Shown one piece after another: positions 1-13,554 of a DNA stretch of 64,000 nucleotides. The notes beneath the pieces are model-generated. The model saw only the letters and a list, made by a program, of their open reading frames with translations, was not told the DNA's origin and ran no database searches. The stretch is taken from contig NC_087437.1 in NCBI RefSeq assembly GCF_036321535.1, forward strand, positions 121,956,001-122,020,000, read 5' to 3'. The stretch is from Camelus dromedarius. Its lineage: Eukaryota. Positions within the stretch are counted from its first letter, which is position 1. Each line of letters opens with the position of its first letter. The translations under genes were made by a program, and so were the position numbers.

Positions 1-3000
1 GGGCGCTTTGGGCCCCTACCTCAGAATTTCCCTATGTGATGTCTCCTCTGGTGTTTGCGTTCGGAAACCCTTCCTCGCCCTGCAGTGCGGGGTGGCCGCT
101 TGCGTTTTCTTTGCTGCTTTTCCTTTGGCATCGGCTGTGTAACCCACTTGGGGTTAGTTTGATGTATGTTATTAGGGGAACATGTAAGTTAATTTGTCTC
201 ACAAAGACTGAAAACACAACTTGTTGAAAAATGCTTCCTCTTCCCGACGCCTGGGGCAGCTGCTCGCGCCCTGTACGTGCAGCTTACGCAGAGCTGTCGT
301 CCACACCAGCGCCTGCTCCCGCGTCCTCCAGTTGCTCTGTTCGTTCTTGTGCTGCTACTTTTTGAATTATTTTAGTTTTATGGTATATTTATCTGACGAT
401 CCCAGTATGTAAAAAAACCTGGCTGTTCTTGGCTGCTCTATCTCTGGATGAAACTAGGGTGATCTTCAACTTGAAAAGTTAATCAGATTAGCATTTCATC
501 TCAAACGGATCAGACCTATAGCTTAACTTGTGAACAGCTGATGTTCTAGCAGAATTCAGCTTCCAACAGAGGGAGGCGCTGTCTCTTGGTTTCTTCTGTT
601 ACCAGCCTTCAGTGACACTTTACAGCTTTCTTGCTGTACGTTTTCTCTTCTGAGCTCTTTCCTAACTTGTTTATATTCTCTACTTACTGTATTTGGGATT
701 TTCCCTGTGCTGTTTCTCTGATACTTCAGTTTTTACGTGTTTGCACACAGCCATGCTTCTCGTTGCTGTAGGTTCTGGACTGAATTGCCTTGGTGCTGAC
801 TCGCCCCAAGCGCTTTCAGCCCGCGTGTGCTCGCCGCGGCGGCTGTCTGGTACGTGGTCTTCACCCGGCTACACAAGTTTCCTTCCAGTGCTTGACTGTT
901 GCTTGTTTTTTGAAATCAAAAATAAGAGCTGCATCTTACTGAATGTTCATTGCTGCTCTTGAGATGGTCCCAGGGTTGTCTCCTTTCATCTCTCAATGTA
1001 GAGAATTCCACTGGTGAGACTCCAGGTGTTGATTCTTGGAATAAACCTTGTAAGATCTATAGCTTCTTGATACTTTTTAATGCCCTCCAACTGCAGTACC
1101 TTTCGAAATTTTGTTTGGGCTTGAGTAAGGGTTAGTAGTGTGTTAGAGCTGGAGTTAAGGTTAGTACTAAGACGGGGTTAGTGTGCACATCCGTTACAGT
1201 GAAGGTTAGGACTAGGGTGAGGGTGGGGTAGGGTGAGTTTCTGCGTCATACCCAAGGGGGAAATGCCCCCGGGACGCTGGGTGTCCTGCCACTCTGTGGT
1301 CCCACTTCGCTCTGTGGTCTTGACCTCTAGCTGAAGTGAGTCAGCTGGTGGGAAGAAGGGCTGCGATGGGGGTCCAGCCACTGCCTTTTAAGGGTTAGAA
1401 GCCCGCGTTCTGCCAACTGTCATGGTGCTGTGTACTAACAGTGTTATGCGGGGCCAGGTGAACACTGGTGGCGTTACACGGACTAGACGTCTGCTAGTGG
1501 GGTGGTAGGGTGGCTGGGCCACACGGTCTCCTCTGCAGCAGCCCCAGGGCAGTCACAGCTCTGTGGTCACGGCAGAGGGACGGGCGGGGGACAGCCGGCT
1601 GGCTGCCGCAGCAAGGATGAGGGTGTGCAGCATGAGGAGGAGAGGACTGCGGCCGGGAGGGAGGGACCTCGCAGGGGTGGTTGCTGGTTAGACGTGGAGC
1701 CCATTGCTGTGAGGTCAGGACGTTCCGGCTCGTCGAGGGGGAGCTCACCTGGCGGCTTCCTGCCCTCGAGAGCATTGCCAGGGCCTCCAGATGGTGTCGC
1801 CTGGCTCCGTTGCTCCCCCGCCTCCCCAGGTTCTGACTGGCTCTTTATTCCGCCGGGTGTTTCACAGGCCTGGCACCTCTCCTGGGGCACAGAGAGGGGC
1901 CCGGTGCGTGGGTACCACCCAGACTGGTCCACGCAGGCCCCAAGGCTCCCGTTTGCTTCCTTCCTTCCTTCTCTTGGCTTCTTCCATTTTGGAGGACTCG
2001 AGTTCATTCTGGGCTCCTCTGGTCTTCTGTCCGCTCCTGGAGACGCTGGGGAGCGCCGTGCTCCCAGAGCAGCCTGGCATGAAGGGGCTGACGGCTTTTC
2101 ACCGGATGACTCATCTTCCTCCCCCTGCCGGCTGCCTGTGGCCAGGCTGTCTGGCGGCCCCGCGTGCAGGGGCAGTGATGGATGTGGAGCTGTGGGACTG
2201 CCCGTGGGGCCAGGGACAGTGTGTGGGGTGGAGGATGAGTGGCCTCTAGGCACACGTTTAGACAAGCAGGAGCCAGCTTCTCTGTACGCTTTGTTTACCA
2301 AGGTTCCACGGTACACGCCAGCAGCTCAGCCGCTGCTCTGGAGGGAGTGGGTTAGTGTGCCCAGGTGTGGAGGGCAGCACCCACCTTCAGCTCTGGCCAA
2401 GGGCAACCTGAGGTTTCCCACCCTGGGGATGCACTGCATGGTCACAGGGCCAAGGATGCTTCTGCCTCTCTGGTTAAACACAGTCTCTGCTCATTCAGGA
2501 CTTCCTCCAGAAGGCCGGGTGCATAACAGCTTGTACCCTTTGAGTCAGTGCACACGCCGTGCACTTCTCTTTGGAGTGAGGTGTGACCAGGGACAGGCTC
2601 CTAGCCCTGAGCTGGACAGAGGTCTTCCGGGCAGCCCTTCGTCTTTATCGAGAGCTGGCTGTTTCAGGGCACAAGGCTGTGACCCTGCAGCTTTGTCTGC
2701 CCTGTAACTGAGGACACATGGTGATCTTGCCCAGCTCTGGGTCCGACACGCTGCTGAAGAGGCTGCCATCTGCGGAGCCGGGGCCCTGGGCTGCAGCCAG
2801 CAGGGCTGGGCACAGCTGGAGAGCAGCTGTCCCGGTCACCGGGCAGGGACCGCTGCTTGGCATCCACTGTGTTAAAATCTGGCAGAGCGTGAGCGCAAGT
2901 CATGGGAAGAGAACTTTCCAGCAGGACCCCACCTGGGCTGGTGGAGTCTGCTGGGGGATCCAGGGGCTGGTTCTGCTTCCATCCCCACCGGTCGCCCTAT

Positions 3001-3939
3001 GGCCTGGCACCTGGGCTCAGTCGCTGTCCCTGTCTGTGCTGCTTCTTCACCTGTCGGGGCTGGGTCTCCTGAGCTGGCTTGCCTGGCCCCGGAGTCGGGT
3101 TCAGGCCGTTTAAGCGTCTGCAGAGTGGGCTAGGGGTGGCGGCGTCTTCCTGTGAAAGATGGCGAGTGCGACAAGGTGGCCTTGCGTTTTCTGTGCTCCA
3201 GGCACGAGAGCCTCACTGGTCCCCACGGTCTCCTGGGCCTCTGATTATCTGGCTTTATCGGTGAGGAGACCGAAGTCAACACCAGGGCAGAGTCCAGAGC
3301 CCCCCTCCCCCACCCCGTGCTCGTTACTCCTTTGCTCCGTCACTGGTAAACCCTACGACGCTCAGACGGCAGGTACCCCTGGCAAAGCCACTTTCAGGAA
3401 ACCGGGACGCTTTCCATTTTCTCCAGTGGTTTGGAGAGGGCCTGTGACAGGAGACCCAAGGAAATGCCGTGCACTGGAGCGAAACTCTTCCTCTTGTCTG
3501 CGGGCTGGGAAGGGAGGAGGGTGGGATGGGGACAGATGGCGTCCACCAGATCTGATGTGACCGAGAGGGAAACTCTCTAGATTCAGCGTCTTGAAGTGAC
3601 GGAGAGGGAAGAGTGGGTGGCTGTTGAAATGTTTGACTCTGAAAACACGGGTCTTGGAGAGAGCTGTGTACCTGTTTTTAATAGGAGCTATTTGAATATG
3701 TTTAAAACCTGAACAGGTGTTAGGAGAGAAACAAAGTTTGAAGGTTAAGCAGACAGAGCTGGAATGCTGCTGGGATGTTGGTCTCCAGTGAGTCGGGAGG
3801 GGTTTGGATGTGGCGTGCAGGAGAGCTGCTCTCTGCCCAGAACGGGGCTTTCTCCCGCGCAGTTGGGGACCAGACTGCGATCTGCAGACTGCCTTCCTGC
3901 AGCTTCTGCAGACTCTGCATTGCCTGGCAGCGCTGGTCC

Positions 3940-5450
3940 CCCCAGCGCTGGACCTGGTGGAGGGCCCCGTCCGGGTCCTGTCCGGGGTCTGGTGCTGTAG
4001 CTGGCTGTCCGGTGTCCTCGGTCTCCTCACTCTGGGCATTTCTGTCCTACTCTGCAGGCTTTCTGCGACACTGGAGGTGTACGGTGATGTGTGATGCAGG
4101 TGTTTTTTCCATTTATTTGTCATGAATATTTTTTCATGGCAATTTTGCCGTGCCAAATATTTCTATTTTTTATGAAGTTCAATTTATCTGTCTTTTCTTT
4201 TATTGCATCCTGGTTTTTAAGTCATAATTAGATAGCCTTTCCCTACACTCAGATTAAAGAGAAAATCACTCATATTTTCTCCTTTCTAAGTACAGCTTGT
4301 TGCAGTGCACAGATTAAGATATATGGTACTTCTGTAATCCTTCACTTACAAATGTTATGTTTCTACTACAGCTTCTTTTTTGACTTGGAAGTTATTTAGA
4401 AGTGTTTCTCAGTTCCAGACACATAGAGTTTAAAAAAATACATTATGTAAAATATACATTTATAATTATATATACAATATTTTAAAATATTTTAGTGTCT
4501 TGGTTCACTGCATTGTTGGCAAGGCGGTCTCTGTGTCCACAGTCTTTGACATGCATAGAAGTGGCTCACATGTGCTCGGGCATCAGAAATGTGCTGTGTT
4601 TCAAAGCAGAACACATTCTGCCGGTTTGGAGCTTAAGCTCCACGTCTGTCCATGAGATGACGCTTGGAATTTTGTCTAAATGTTGCCTTTCCTTTTAGAT
4701 ATTTTTCTCTAATCGGTCACCGTGAGAGCTGTGTTTAAATCTGCCAGTGCGATTATGGCTTTGTCTACTTTCCTGTGCCTCTATTCATTTCTGCTTTGTA
4801 TAAAACATTGAGACTTTTTTGGGGTGCCCGTGGTCTGGCATTGTAACATCGTGCAATTAAACTGAGCCCCTTTATCTGTATGCAACATGGTCTGTCTTGG
4901 ATCTAACTTTTTTTGCCTTACATTTTCTCTGGTGTATTTGTCTTCCCCTCTTTCAGTCTCTGTATGTTTTAGCTGTGTCTTTCTAAATGGTACCTAATGG
5001 AGCTTAGTTTTATCCTCTGTGACAATCTTCGTCTTTTAAAGATTGGGGCGTTCAGTTTACTTTAATCTACTTCAATTTCGTATAGATTTGGATCCTTCCT
5101 ACAGTCTTATTTTGTGCTTTTTGTTTAGCTCAACTTTTTAATGTTTTTTTTTTCTCCCGTCTACATTTTTTGATTGACACATTGTGTTTATTTCTCATCA
5201 GTTTTCTCCTTCACTGTGTAATTTTGGTTTCTCTTATTTTCGTGTTTGGCTTATACGTGTACTTGATTTATCAACGTTTACATTTAATTGGTACCTTTAG
5301 CCACACCCCAAATGACACAGGTTTCTTAAAATACTTCGTCTCTGATGACCCCGCCTGACCCGAGTGTTATTTCACTCTGTCGCTGTGCCCCCTTCTTTGT
5401 TATCTGACGCCCTCACTGTCACTGCCCTTTTAGACGTACTCCCCCCCCCA
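3940..5450 (-). mobile_element. Old LINE-1 fragments (L1MC/L1ME-like), antisense
   Basis: The reverse complement of 3960-4060 resembles the L1MC-type 3' motif (ccagattgaaggagactaaagagacatgacaac...tcctggac). 4090-5330 is T-rich antisense L1-like text (ttttatgaagttcaatttatc, gtgtttaaatctgccagtgcgattatggctttgtct). Boundaries approximate. Confidence 0.6.
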
Positions 5451-6569
5451 ATTCTTTGCCCTTCGTTTCTTCTTCTTTACATACTGCTGCCTCTGAAACG
5501 CATCACGGTGACAGTGTTCATGGAAAACAATTTTTAACTGAAACCTTCTTTATTTTCCTTTTACAAATGTTTTGTCTTTAATGTTCAGACCATGTTTTAT
5601 TTACTGAGTCAGTATGAAGTTGTTTTACCTAAGATTGCTTTCAAAAGTGAGAATCAGTTTTAATGGAAAAAGATGACACGCAAGGTACTTTTGTCTAGAA
5701 AAAGCTTTGTTTCCAAGTTCAGGAGTGCTGATACGTCTTTGCCTTGTTAAATATATGTACAACATTGCCACAGTGAAGGGGCACCACAGGAATAGTTCAG
5801 GTACCCAGGAAAAGCTTACTGTTGAATAATTCTTGTGCTCCTGAAGCCTAACGTGTTGACTGACGTCGTATCTTTGCCAGTGGTATTCTTTTTTTTTTTT
5901 CTTGGTTTTGGTGATTATTTTTTTGCTGACTTATTTCCTCCTCTGGGGTGGTTAATTTTGGCTTGCTAATCTACCAAAATCTGCCAGTGTCTCTTTTTAT
6001 GACTCCTAGAAATTATCTTACATTTTCAGCAGCATTTAAAAAAATTTTATATTTTTCTCTGGTTACAGCTTGAAAATCCTCAGAGGTTTTTATTTAGCAT
6101 GACATCTTCTCACAGTGCCATAAACAAATAAGTGGAAATTGCCAGCAGAGCTCAGAGCTCGGTGGAGAGGCCGAAAACCCAGTCACAGAGCAGCCGGCAG
6201 TAGTGCCTCCTTCTGGCCAAAAGCTAATAAAACAAAAATGGTTTGAAATAACTTTAAAATTATCTTTCACTTTATTCTTGAAAGATATTTAAGACAGATA
6301 CTTCTTAAAGTTCTGGGTGGAACGTTATTTCCTTGGAGTTGGCAAAGATTATACTCCACTCTCTTTGGCTTGCTCTTCTGCGGAGAGGCTGTCTTTCAAT
6401 CTAAGTGATACTCCTTTCAAGGAATTTTTAAAACTCTGGCTACATTTAAGATCTTCTCTGTTTTCGGTGTTGTGTAGTTTCGCCATGATGCATCTCGGTA
6501 TCGACGTCTTTATGTTTATTCTGCATGGGAGTTCTCTCTTTGTCACGTGTGTTTCATTGAGGTGTAGTT

Positions 6570-6765
6570 TTTATTTTAATTGCAGTGTAGTCAGTTGACA
6601 ATGTTATGTCAGTTTCTGGTGTGCATCATAATAGTTCCATCATCCACATACACACATATATTCATGTTCATTTTCTTTTTCATTAGAGGTTACTACAAGA
6701 CATTGAATATAGTTCCCTGTGCTCCACAGTAGAAACGTGTTGTTTATCTATTTTATATATAGTGA
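6570..6765 (-). mobile_element. Cetartiodactyl-type L1 3'-end fragment
   Basis: tagtcagttgacaatgttatgtcagtttctggtgtgcatca...tgaatatagttccctgtgctccacagtagaa; the same motif recurs at 14.55, 26.93 and 57.96 kb in this window. Confidence 0.8.
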
Positions 6766-6769
6766 GGTA

Positions 6770-9600
6770 TAATTAATGTAGAATAAAATTCACTTTTTTT
6801 TAGGGATACAGTTTGGTGAGTTTTGACCAACATAGACAGATATTAACAATCAACACAATCGTAATACAGAGTGTTTTCCCTACCCCAAGTGCCCTCATGC
6901 CTCTCCCTGCTCCTAGAGCCCCAGACAAATACTGATCTGTCTGTCGTGTCTGCACTTTGACTTCCTTAGGGTGTTGTGTGAATGGAATCACAGTCTGGAG
7001 CTTTTTGAGTCTGTTCTGTTTTTTTTTTAACCTACCCATAATGCTTTCGAGATGCATTCATACTGTTGTTGAGTCATATTGAATGGATGTACCATCATCT
7101 GTTTACCCAGTTGCTGACTGACGGACGTTTGGAGATTTCTGGTTCGGAGGTCCTGACTGAACCCGCTGGCTACTTTCTCGCATAGGCCTTTACGTGGACG
7201 CAGGTCCTCATTTTTAATAGGGAAGTACCTGAGCTTTTCCGTGTCATTTGACAAGTGTGTGTCTAACTTTGTAAGAAACTTGTTTTCCTAAGTTATTGCA
7301 CTGTTCTGTGTTCCCACAGACATTTGCTCTTGAAATGTTAACTTTTGATGTCAGTTTAAAAAATTTCATTCTTTCTAGTGAGTGCATAGTGGTATCTCAT
7401 AGTTTTCATTTGCAGTTTTCTGGTGACTAATGCTATTGAACATTTTTTCCCGTGTTTATTTGCCGTCTGCATGTCTCCTCTGATGAGATGTCTGTTCAGA
7501 TATTTTGCTTACTAACATTTTTGTACTATTTGTTTTCCTGTTACTGAGTTTTGAGGGTTTGTTGTGTACTCTGGACACCAGTCATTTATCAGATGCATGT
7601 TTTCCAAATATTTTCTCCCAGAGTGTGGCTTGTTTATTTTCTCAAGAGTGTCTTTCAAAACAGCAGTGTTTAGTCTTGATAAAGTGAAATTTCTCAATGT
7701 TTTTTATGGTTCTCTATGTTCTAGCCAAAAGTTCCATGCCTTCCTCAAGGTCACAAAAATTATTTCCCATGTTTTATTCTAGAAATAGTACAATACTGTG
7801 TTTCACACTTTGGTCTCTGAATCATGCCCCCCCTCTGATACAGGCAAGACACAGGCACAGTCTCCGTCTCCCCCGCGGGCGTACAGCCCTCCGCCGCTGT
7901 TTGTTAGAGGACTGCTCTTCTCCCCGTTGACTGTCTTCGCTCCTTGCCCACCGTGTGCGGGCAGGCCTGTCTTGGGGCTCCACGCTCTGTTTCCCTGCTG
8001 GACGTGCCTGTCCTTTGCCCAGTACCGCAGCATCGGGATCACTGTGGCATCAGAGCACACCTTGAAATCAAGCAGGATGAGTCCCCCAGTGAGTCTTCTT
8101 TTTCAAGACTGTTTTCCTGTTCTGACTCCTTTGCTATTCCACACGGATTTTAGAATCAGCTTGTCAATTTCTACAAAAAAGATTGCTGGGATTGTGATTG
8201 GAACTGTTGAGTCTGGAGATCAGTTTGAGGATAGTTGACATCCTTTTTGTTTTTACTTTGCTTTTGAGATAAAATTTACATATCATGGCAGTCACCATTT
8301 AAAGTGTAATGTTCCGTGGCTTTCAGTGTGTTCACTAGCCCGTGCGCCTGTCACCACCACCCAATTCCAGAACATCTTCATCACCCTTAACGGACATTCC
8401 GTCCTCATTGTGATCATTCCCGAGTCATTCCTCCCTCCCAACCCCCAGCAACCACGAATCTACTTTTGGTCTCTATGGATTTGCCTGTTCTTAACACTTC
8501 ATATAATTGGAACCATGTAACACATCACCTTTTGTGTCTGGCTTTTTTCACTTAGCATGACGTTTTCAAGGTCCCTGTATAAGTAGCATCTCTTAGTGCT
8601 ATAGTCCTTTTTTGTGGCTAAACAATATTCCATCATATGCGTATGCCACATTTCCTTCATCAACTGATGGGTATTTGAGTTATTCCTACTTTGGGGCCAT
8701 TATGAATATTTATGTGCAGTTTTTGTTTGAATATATGTTTTAATTTATTGGGCTTATATCTAGGAGTGGAACTGTGGGATCATATGGTAACTCCATGTTT
8801 AACTCTTTGAGGAAACACCAAACTATTTTCCAGTGTGGCTGAGAAATTTTACATTCCCACTAGCAATGTTTGAGTGTCCCAGTTTCTCTGTGTTACTTGG
8901 TGTTTTCCAGCTTTTTGGCTCTAGCCATCCTAGCTGCTGGGAAGTGGTATCTCACTGTGGTACTGATTAGCCTTTGTCTAAGACTAATGCTGCCTTTTCA
9001 TGTGTTTACTGACCATTTGCAGATCTTCTTTGAAGAAATGTCTGTTCAGATTCCTTTCCCACTCTTTAGTTGGGATGTCTTTTTTATTGTTGAATTTATA
9101 AATTCTGGATACTCGACCCTTAGATAAATAATTTATATAATTTTTCACCCATTCTTTGGATTGTCTTTTCACTTTCATTGTAGTGTGCTTTGGTACACGA
9201 AAGTTCTTAATTTTTAATCCCCAAAATGGTAAATTACATTGCTTGATTTTCAAATGTTGGACTAACATTACTGGGTCAAATCCTACTTAGTTATGATGTG
9301 TTATATAAAAGGGATTTTGTTAAGGATGTTTGCATGTATATTCATGAGGGATTTGGGTGTGTAGTTTTCCTTCCTTGAAATGACTTCATGTGGTTTTGTT
9401 GTTAATATAATTTTGACCTCATGAAACCAGTGGAAAGTGTTCCCTCCTCCTTTGTTTTCCGGAGGAGTTTGTGTAGAATCGGAATTCTGTATTTCTTAAT
9501 TGTTTGTTAGAATTTTCCATTAAAGCCATTTGAGTGTGGAGTTTTCTTTGTTGGAAAGTTGTAGGCTGGGAATTCAGCTTCTTCGCTTGTTACAAGACTC
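6770..9600 (-). mobile_element. Nested old LINE-1 (L1MB/L1MC-like) 3' and ORF2 fragments, antisense
   Basis: Typical antisense L1 text such as gtggtatctcatagttttcatttgc and ttttagaatcagcttgtcaatttctacaaaaaagattgctgggattgtgattgg. A second 3' end starts at about 8250. The minus-strand ORF at 8984-9268 reads like L1 ORF2 (ERNLNRHFFKEDLQMVSKHMKR). Confidence 0.85.
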
Positions 9601-9819
9601 CTGTTCGCGTAGGTCCAGGTTTCTGCTTGGTGTCATCATGCGTCTGTTGGAGCAGCTTCCTTCAACATTTCATGTCGTTTATCTCGTCAGATGTTACTTC
9701 TGCCACGTTTTGCTCTTCTTCCAAACCCCCAATTAATCAGGTCAGACTTTCTTAGTCTACGCTTCTTGTCACTTAACGTCTTTTCCAAACTCACCGTCCT
9801 TCTGTTTTTTTCCTGTGAA

Positions 9820-10840
9820 CTATAGTGATTATCCAGAATGCAGCCCAGAGAGACAAAGCAAGAGAAACAATGAAAGAGGGGATAAGAGACTTGACTTGGA
9901 AAGAGATGGAAAAGGCATAGTGGGATTCATTGGTGTTCAGAAGGAGAAGAGAGAAGAGTTGGGTAGAGGTAATATTTGAGGAGTTGATGGCTACCAGTTT
10001 TCCAGAACCGATGAAAGCCACCATTGTACAGTTTCAGAAATCCTAACAAATACCAGTTGTGTGAAATGAAGAGAAATCTGTGTCCAGGCAGATCATGGTG
10101 AACCTCTTGAATACTGAAGACAAGTGAAGGGTCATAACAGAGAGAAAAGAATTTGTTCAAAGAAGGACCATTAAGGCCATCAGGTGCCTTTTAACTGCAC
10201 CAGTGGAAATGGGAACATAGTTGGACCGTCCATGTGGTGGGGGAAAAGAAATCACCCAGCATTCTGTACTTCCTGAATGCATTGTTCAGGAATGAGAGCA
10301 AAATAAACACATTTCCTAGAAACAAAAACCAAGATAACTTGATACCTATAGGTCTTTATTAAAAGCATTTCTAAAGGATCTATTTCAAGAGGAAAGAACA
10401 TTTTCCTATGGAAATTCTGAGATTTAAGGAAAATTAAAAACAGAGAAAGTTGTGTGTGTTTGAGTTAATCCAAAGGCACATTAAATGTTTAAAGCCGTGG
10501 GACAGATCTCTCCGGCAGCTAACGACCAGGAACAGAACTAAAATGCATGACTTCATGGTCACATCTTTGGGGAGGGAGTGGAGTGACCGGGCTGCTTGGG
10601 TGGAGTGTGAGGATATCAGACTTTGAGAAGTTAGGGCCTCATGTGATCATTTTTAAGTTAAGAAGTAAAGAGAATAAAATGTATAAAGTAGTGGAGGAAA
10701 AAAATCTGCAAGAAGGCAATTAAGGAGACTTACAGGAAACGTAAGAAAAGTAGAAAACACAACATAAAATGGTGCATAAATCCAGATGTACCAGAATTTC
10801 TCTAAATACTAATGGGCTACATGCTTTAAAGAGCTGCATT
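9820..10840 (+). mobile_element. Degenerate LINE-1 ORF1/inter-ORF region, sense
   Basis: Purine-rich L1 ORF1-like text (atccagaatgcagcccagagagacaaag, aatatttgaggagttgatggctaccagttttccaga), flanked by antisense L1-like pieces. Confidence 0.65.
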
Positions 10841-11689
10841 GAAAGAACTGTCACTCACTGTCTTAGCATTTGGTGTCGCCGCGTTGAAGCTTTAGAGCTC
10901 CGGCCTCGTCCTTGGATTTTCCGAATCTAAGCAGAGTGCTAGTGTTTGGGCCCTCTGTGTCCCCTCCTTCTGGAAGTGAAGGGCCTCTTCTTCGTATTGC
11001 TCTTACGTTCTCTTTTTCCTTTCACTCTGCTTTCTGGAGAGGTCCTTGACTTCATCCTCCGACTTTCTATTCCACTCAAGCTGTGCCCCTTTACACAGTG
11101 TGTGTCCCAGGGTTTTTAGGTTTTCATTTTGACAACGTTTTCCCCGTCTGGGTGTCTCCTTGTTTCTCTCTCACGTGTGGGACATCGTGACCGTTGCCCG
11201 GATAGGTAAATGACTGCTTATTGTTGGCTTCGTGACTTCTCAGATGAACACTCTTATTTTGGGTCTGGGGTCTCTCATCACATTGGTTTTCTTTCAGTTG
11301 TCTCCTTGTTGGCTGTGAGGTTTGCATTTTGATGCCTGCCTCTGGCGTCTCTGGGAGAAAGTTGAGGGGGGTGTGGCCAGTGTGGCCTCCTGGGGTGGCT
11401 TGTCCCGTGCCTTGAGGGTGCGGTGACTGCCCGCCCTGCCCGGCCCCCGTCAGCCTGTCCTGGAACAGACACCGTGGCCCAGGCCGCTGCCCCGGCAGCA
11501 CGGCGGTGTACCTGGGTCTCTAGCTGACGCCGTGGAGGCCGCTTGTGTTCCTGACACAGGCTTGTGTTTCTTTCATCTCTGCTCCTCTTTGCATGCATCT
11601 CTCCACAGAGGCCCCTCCTCGCCTTCTCTCTGTATGGTTTCCTACGCTGTGCAACCACCCGGCCCACGGCCCAGAGGCTTCGAACAACA

Positions 11690-12094
11690 AATCCGTGTTG
11701 TCTCGGAGCCCTTGTGGGTTAGGACTTACTGAGGGCGGCGTGGCTGTGCTTCTGGCTCCGGGTCCCTCCTGAGGCGCAGGTGCCGGCCTGGAGCTGGAGG
11801 AGCTGCTTCCGAGCTGTCTCCCCGTGCAGCCCTAGGCGGGAGGCCTCCCCTGAGGGCGGCGGAGTGTCTTTCTGGCCTGCAGTTCCTTCTCCCGAAGCCA
11901 GTGATCCAAGAGGGGGAGTCAGGAGGATCACGTGCTTTTATATCCTTGTCTTGGATGTCACGGTGTCCCTTCTGCCCCACTGTAGCTTTACAGTGTCTTA
12001 TGAAGTACAGGCCACTCTTAAGGGAGGGGAATTATTCTCCACCTTTTTCAGGGAGGACAACCCCAGGGCCTGTGGGCATATCTGAAACCACCGC
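11690..12094 (-). mobile_element. MaLR LTR (MLT1F/G-like)
   Basis: agtgatccaagag...cttttatatcc...aagggaggggaattattctccacc...gggcatatctgaaaccaccgc resembles the remembered antisense MLT1F-type consensus. Confidence 0.6.
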
Positions 12095-13399
12095 TCTCTC
12101 CTTGAGGACTTTCTCCAGTGGCCCTGCGGCCTGCAGCACAAAGTGGCCCTGTGGGCCTGCCTCTGGGCCGCCCTCGTGTGGACCCGCCGCAGACCTCCAA
12201 CACGCTGGCATGAGCCTGGGCTTTTCTGCGTCTTTTGATGTTTGTGGTGGTTTTCATTGTCTTGTCCTTTGTTACAGGCTTTTGTAATTTAATTTAAAAA
12301 ACAGTATGCATCTAACTTATTGTTGAGTCTGACACGGCGTTCTTAGGAGTTTCCAAGTCAGGCCCCTCTTGGGCAGACAGCGCTGCAGCGGGCGTGACGT
12401 CCTCCCCCTGTCACCCGCCGCTCGGCTGGAGGAAAGATACAAATGGCCAGGGCGCCTCTGTTATCTAGGGCACGTCCTGCAGCGCTCGTCGTCGAGTGAG
12501 ATCGCATTTCCCTATTTCTGGCTTGGATGACATATTGGATGATAATTTATTGATTCCTTGTTCCTTCGGTGCCGGCTGTGCTCCGATCCCCTCCTGGGGC
12601 CTGAGTGAAGCCAGCTTGGTGTTCGCGCTGTGACGCCGGTGCAGCGGCGGGAGAGCCGACGTGGAGGCCTGTCTGCACGTGGGGTCGCCAGTCTCCTGCG
12701 TGTCTGCCCTTGTGTCCCCCCCGACTCTCTCTGCAGAGCGTATTCGGAGGACGAGTGGGTAGGAGGAGGCAGAATTCACTGCAGGGACCGTTTGGTCACA
12801 TGCCTGTCAGACGAGGAGTGGAAGGGTCCCAGATGCGGACATGTGACCAGGTGGGGCCCATGCGGACACTTGACCTTGGACACTTCTTTGGCGCTGTGGG
12901 CCCCAGAGGTGTGGCCTGCGTTTCCGGGATGGCTGGAGGTGACCAGCTCTGCACGCACGAGACACGTCTGTCCAACCACCGCTTGTTCTCCCCGCGGGGC
13001 CTCCCGAGGACACGCGCTCCTTCTCCCTGGTCGTCGTGCTCCTGGGAGCCTTGGTCTGGTCACTGGGCCACTTTGGTCTGGCCCTGCCTTGCTCAGGATT
13101 TGCTCATTAGGCTTGTTTAAATTTTCTGCATCAAACAACTGATTAGTTTAGCTTCTGATCATATAATGTGTCTAATACTGTATGTGGCTTTCATTGTTGG
13201 AATAGCTGCAGGAAAACAGCTAGTAGTGCTGTGGCACTAGCTCTAAGCCTCCCCTCCGCGTCGCTTTCTCTCTCGCTGAGATCACGGCGTCCGTGGGACA
13301 CGTCCGCACACAGGGCTGTGCTGCAGCGGCAACCGCCGGCTGCCTCCTAGACGCGCCCTGCGTGTGGGCCGCGGGGCCCCAGCCCCGCCCCTGCTCCAG

Positions 13400-13554
13400 T
13401 TCACCTCGTTGCCAAGGGCCCTCTCCGAAGCCCAGCTTCAGGGGAGGCGGGGCGTTCACGGGGCCGCCTCTGTGGACGTGGACGTGGACGCGATCACGGA
13501 CCTGCTGGCAGACAGGAGCCTCCGGGAGTGTTCTGGGAGGGGCAGGCAGCTGAG
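13400..13554 (+). other. Candidate exon (unidentified), 155 nt
   Basis: Acceptor ccccgcccctgctccag|, donor AG|GTTAGT, open frame FTSLPRALSEAQ...VDVDAITDLLADRSLRECSGRGRQL. No protein recognised. Confidence 0.2.

Noticed and set aside
772..849. 78-nt AG/GT-bounded candidate exon
   Set aside because: Peptide unrecognised and the surrounding sequence looks like decayed antisense L1; the signals could be chance.
1430..1460. Perfect TACTAAC branch-point sequence
   Set aside because: No polypyrimidine tract before the next usable AG.
1502..2707. 401-aa ORF
   Set aside because: Non-ATG (GTG) start, low-complexity G/P/R/S composition, overlapping long ORFs on both strands and no recognisable domain; expected by chance at this GC content.
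5900..6105. Faint peptide resemblance of the insert to MRPS33 or CEBPZOS
   Set aside because: Only a few residues match from memory and nucleotide similarity is unconvincing, so no symbol was assigned.
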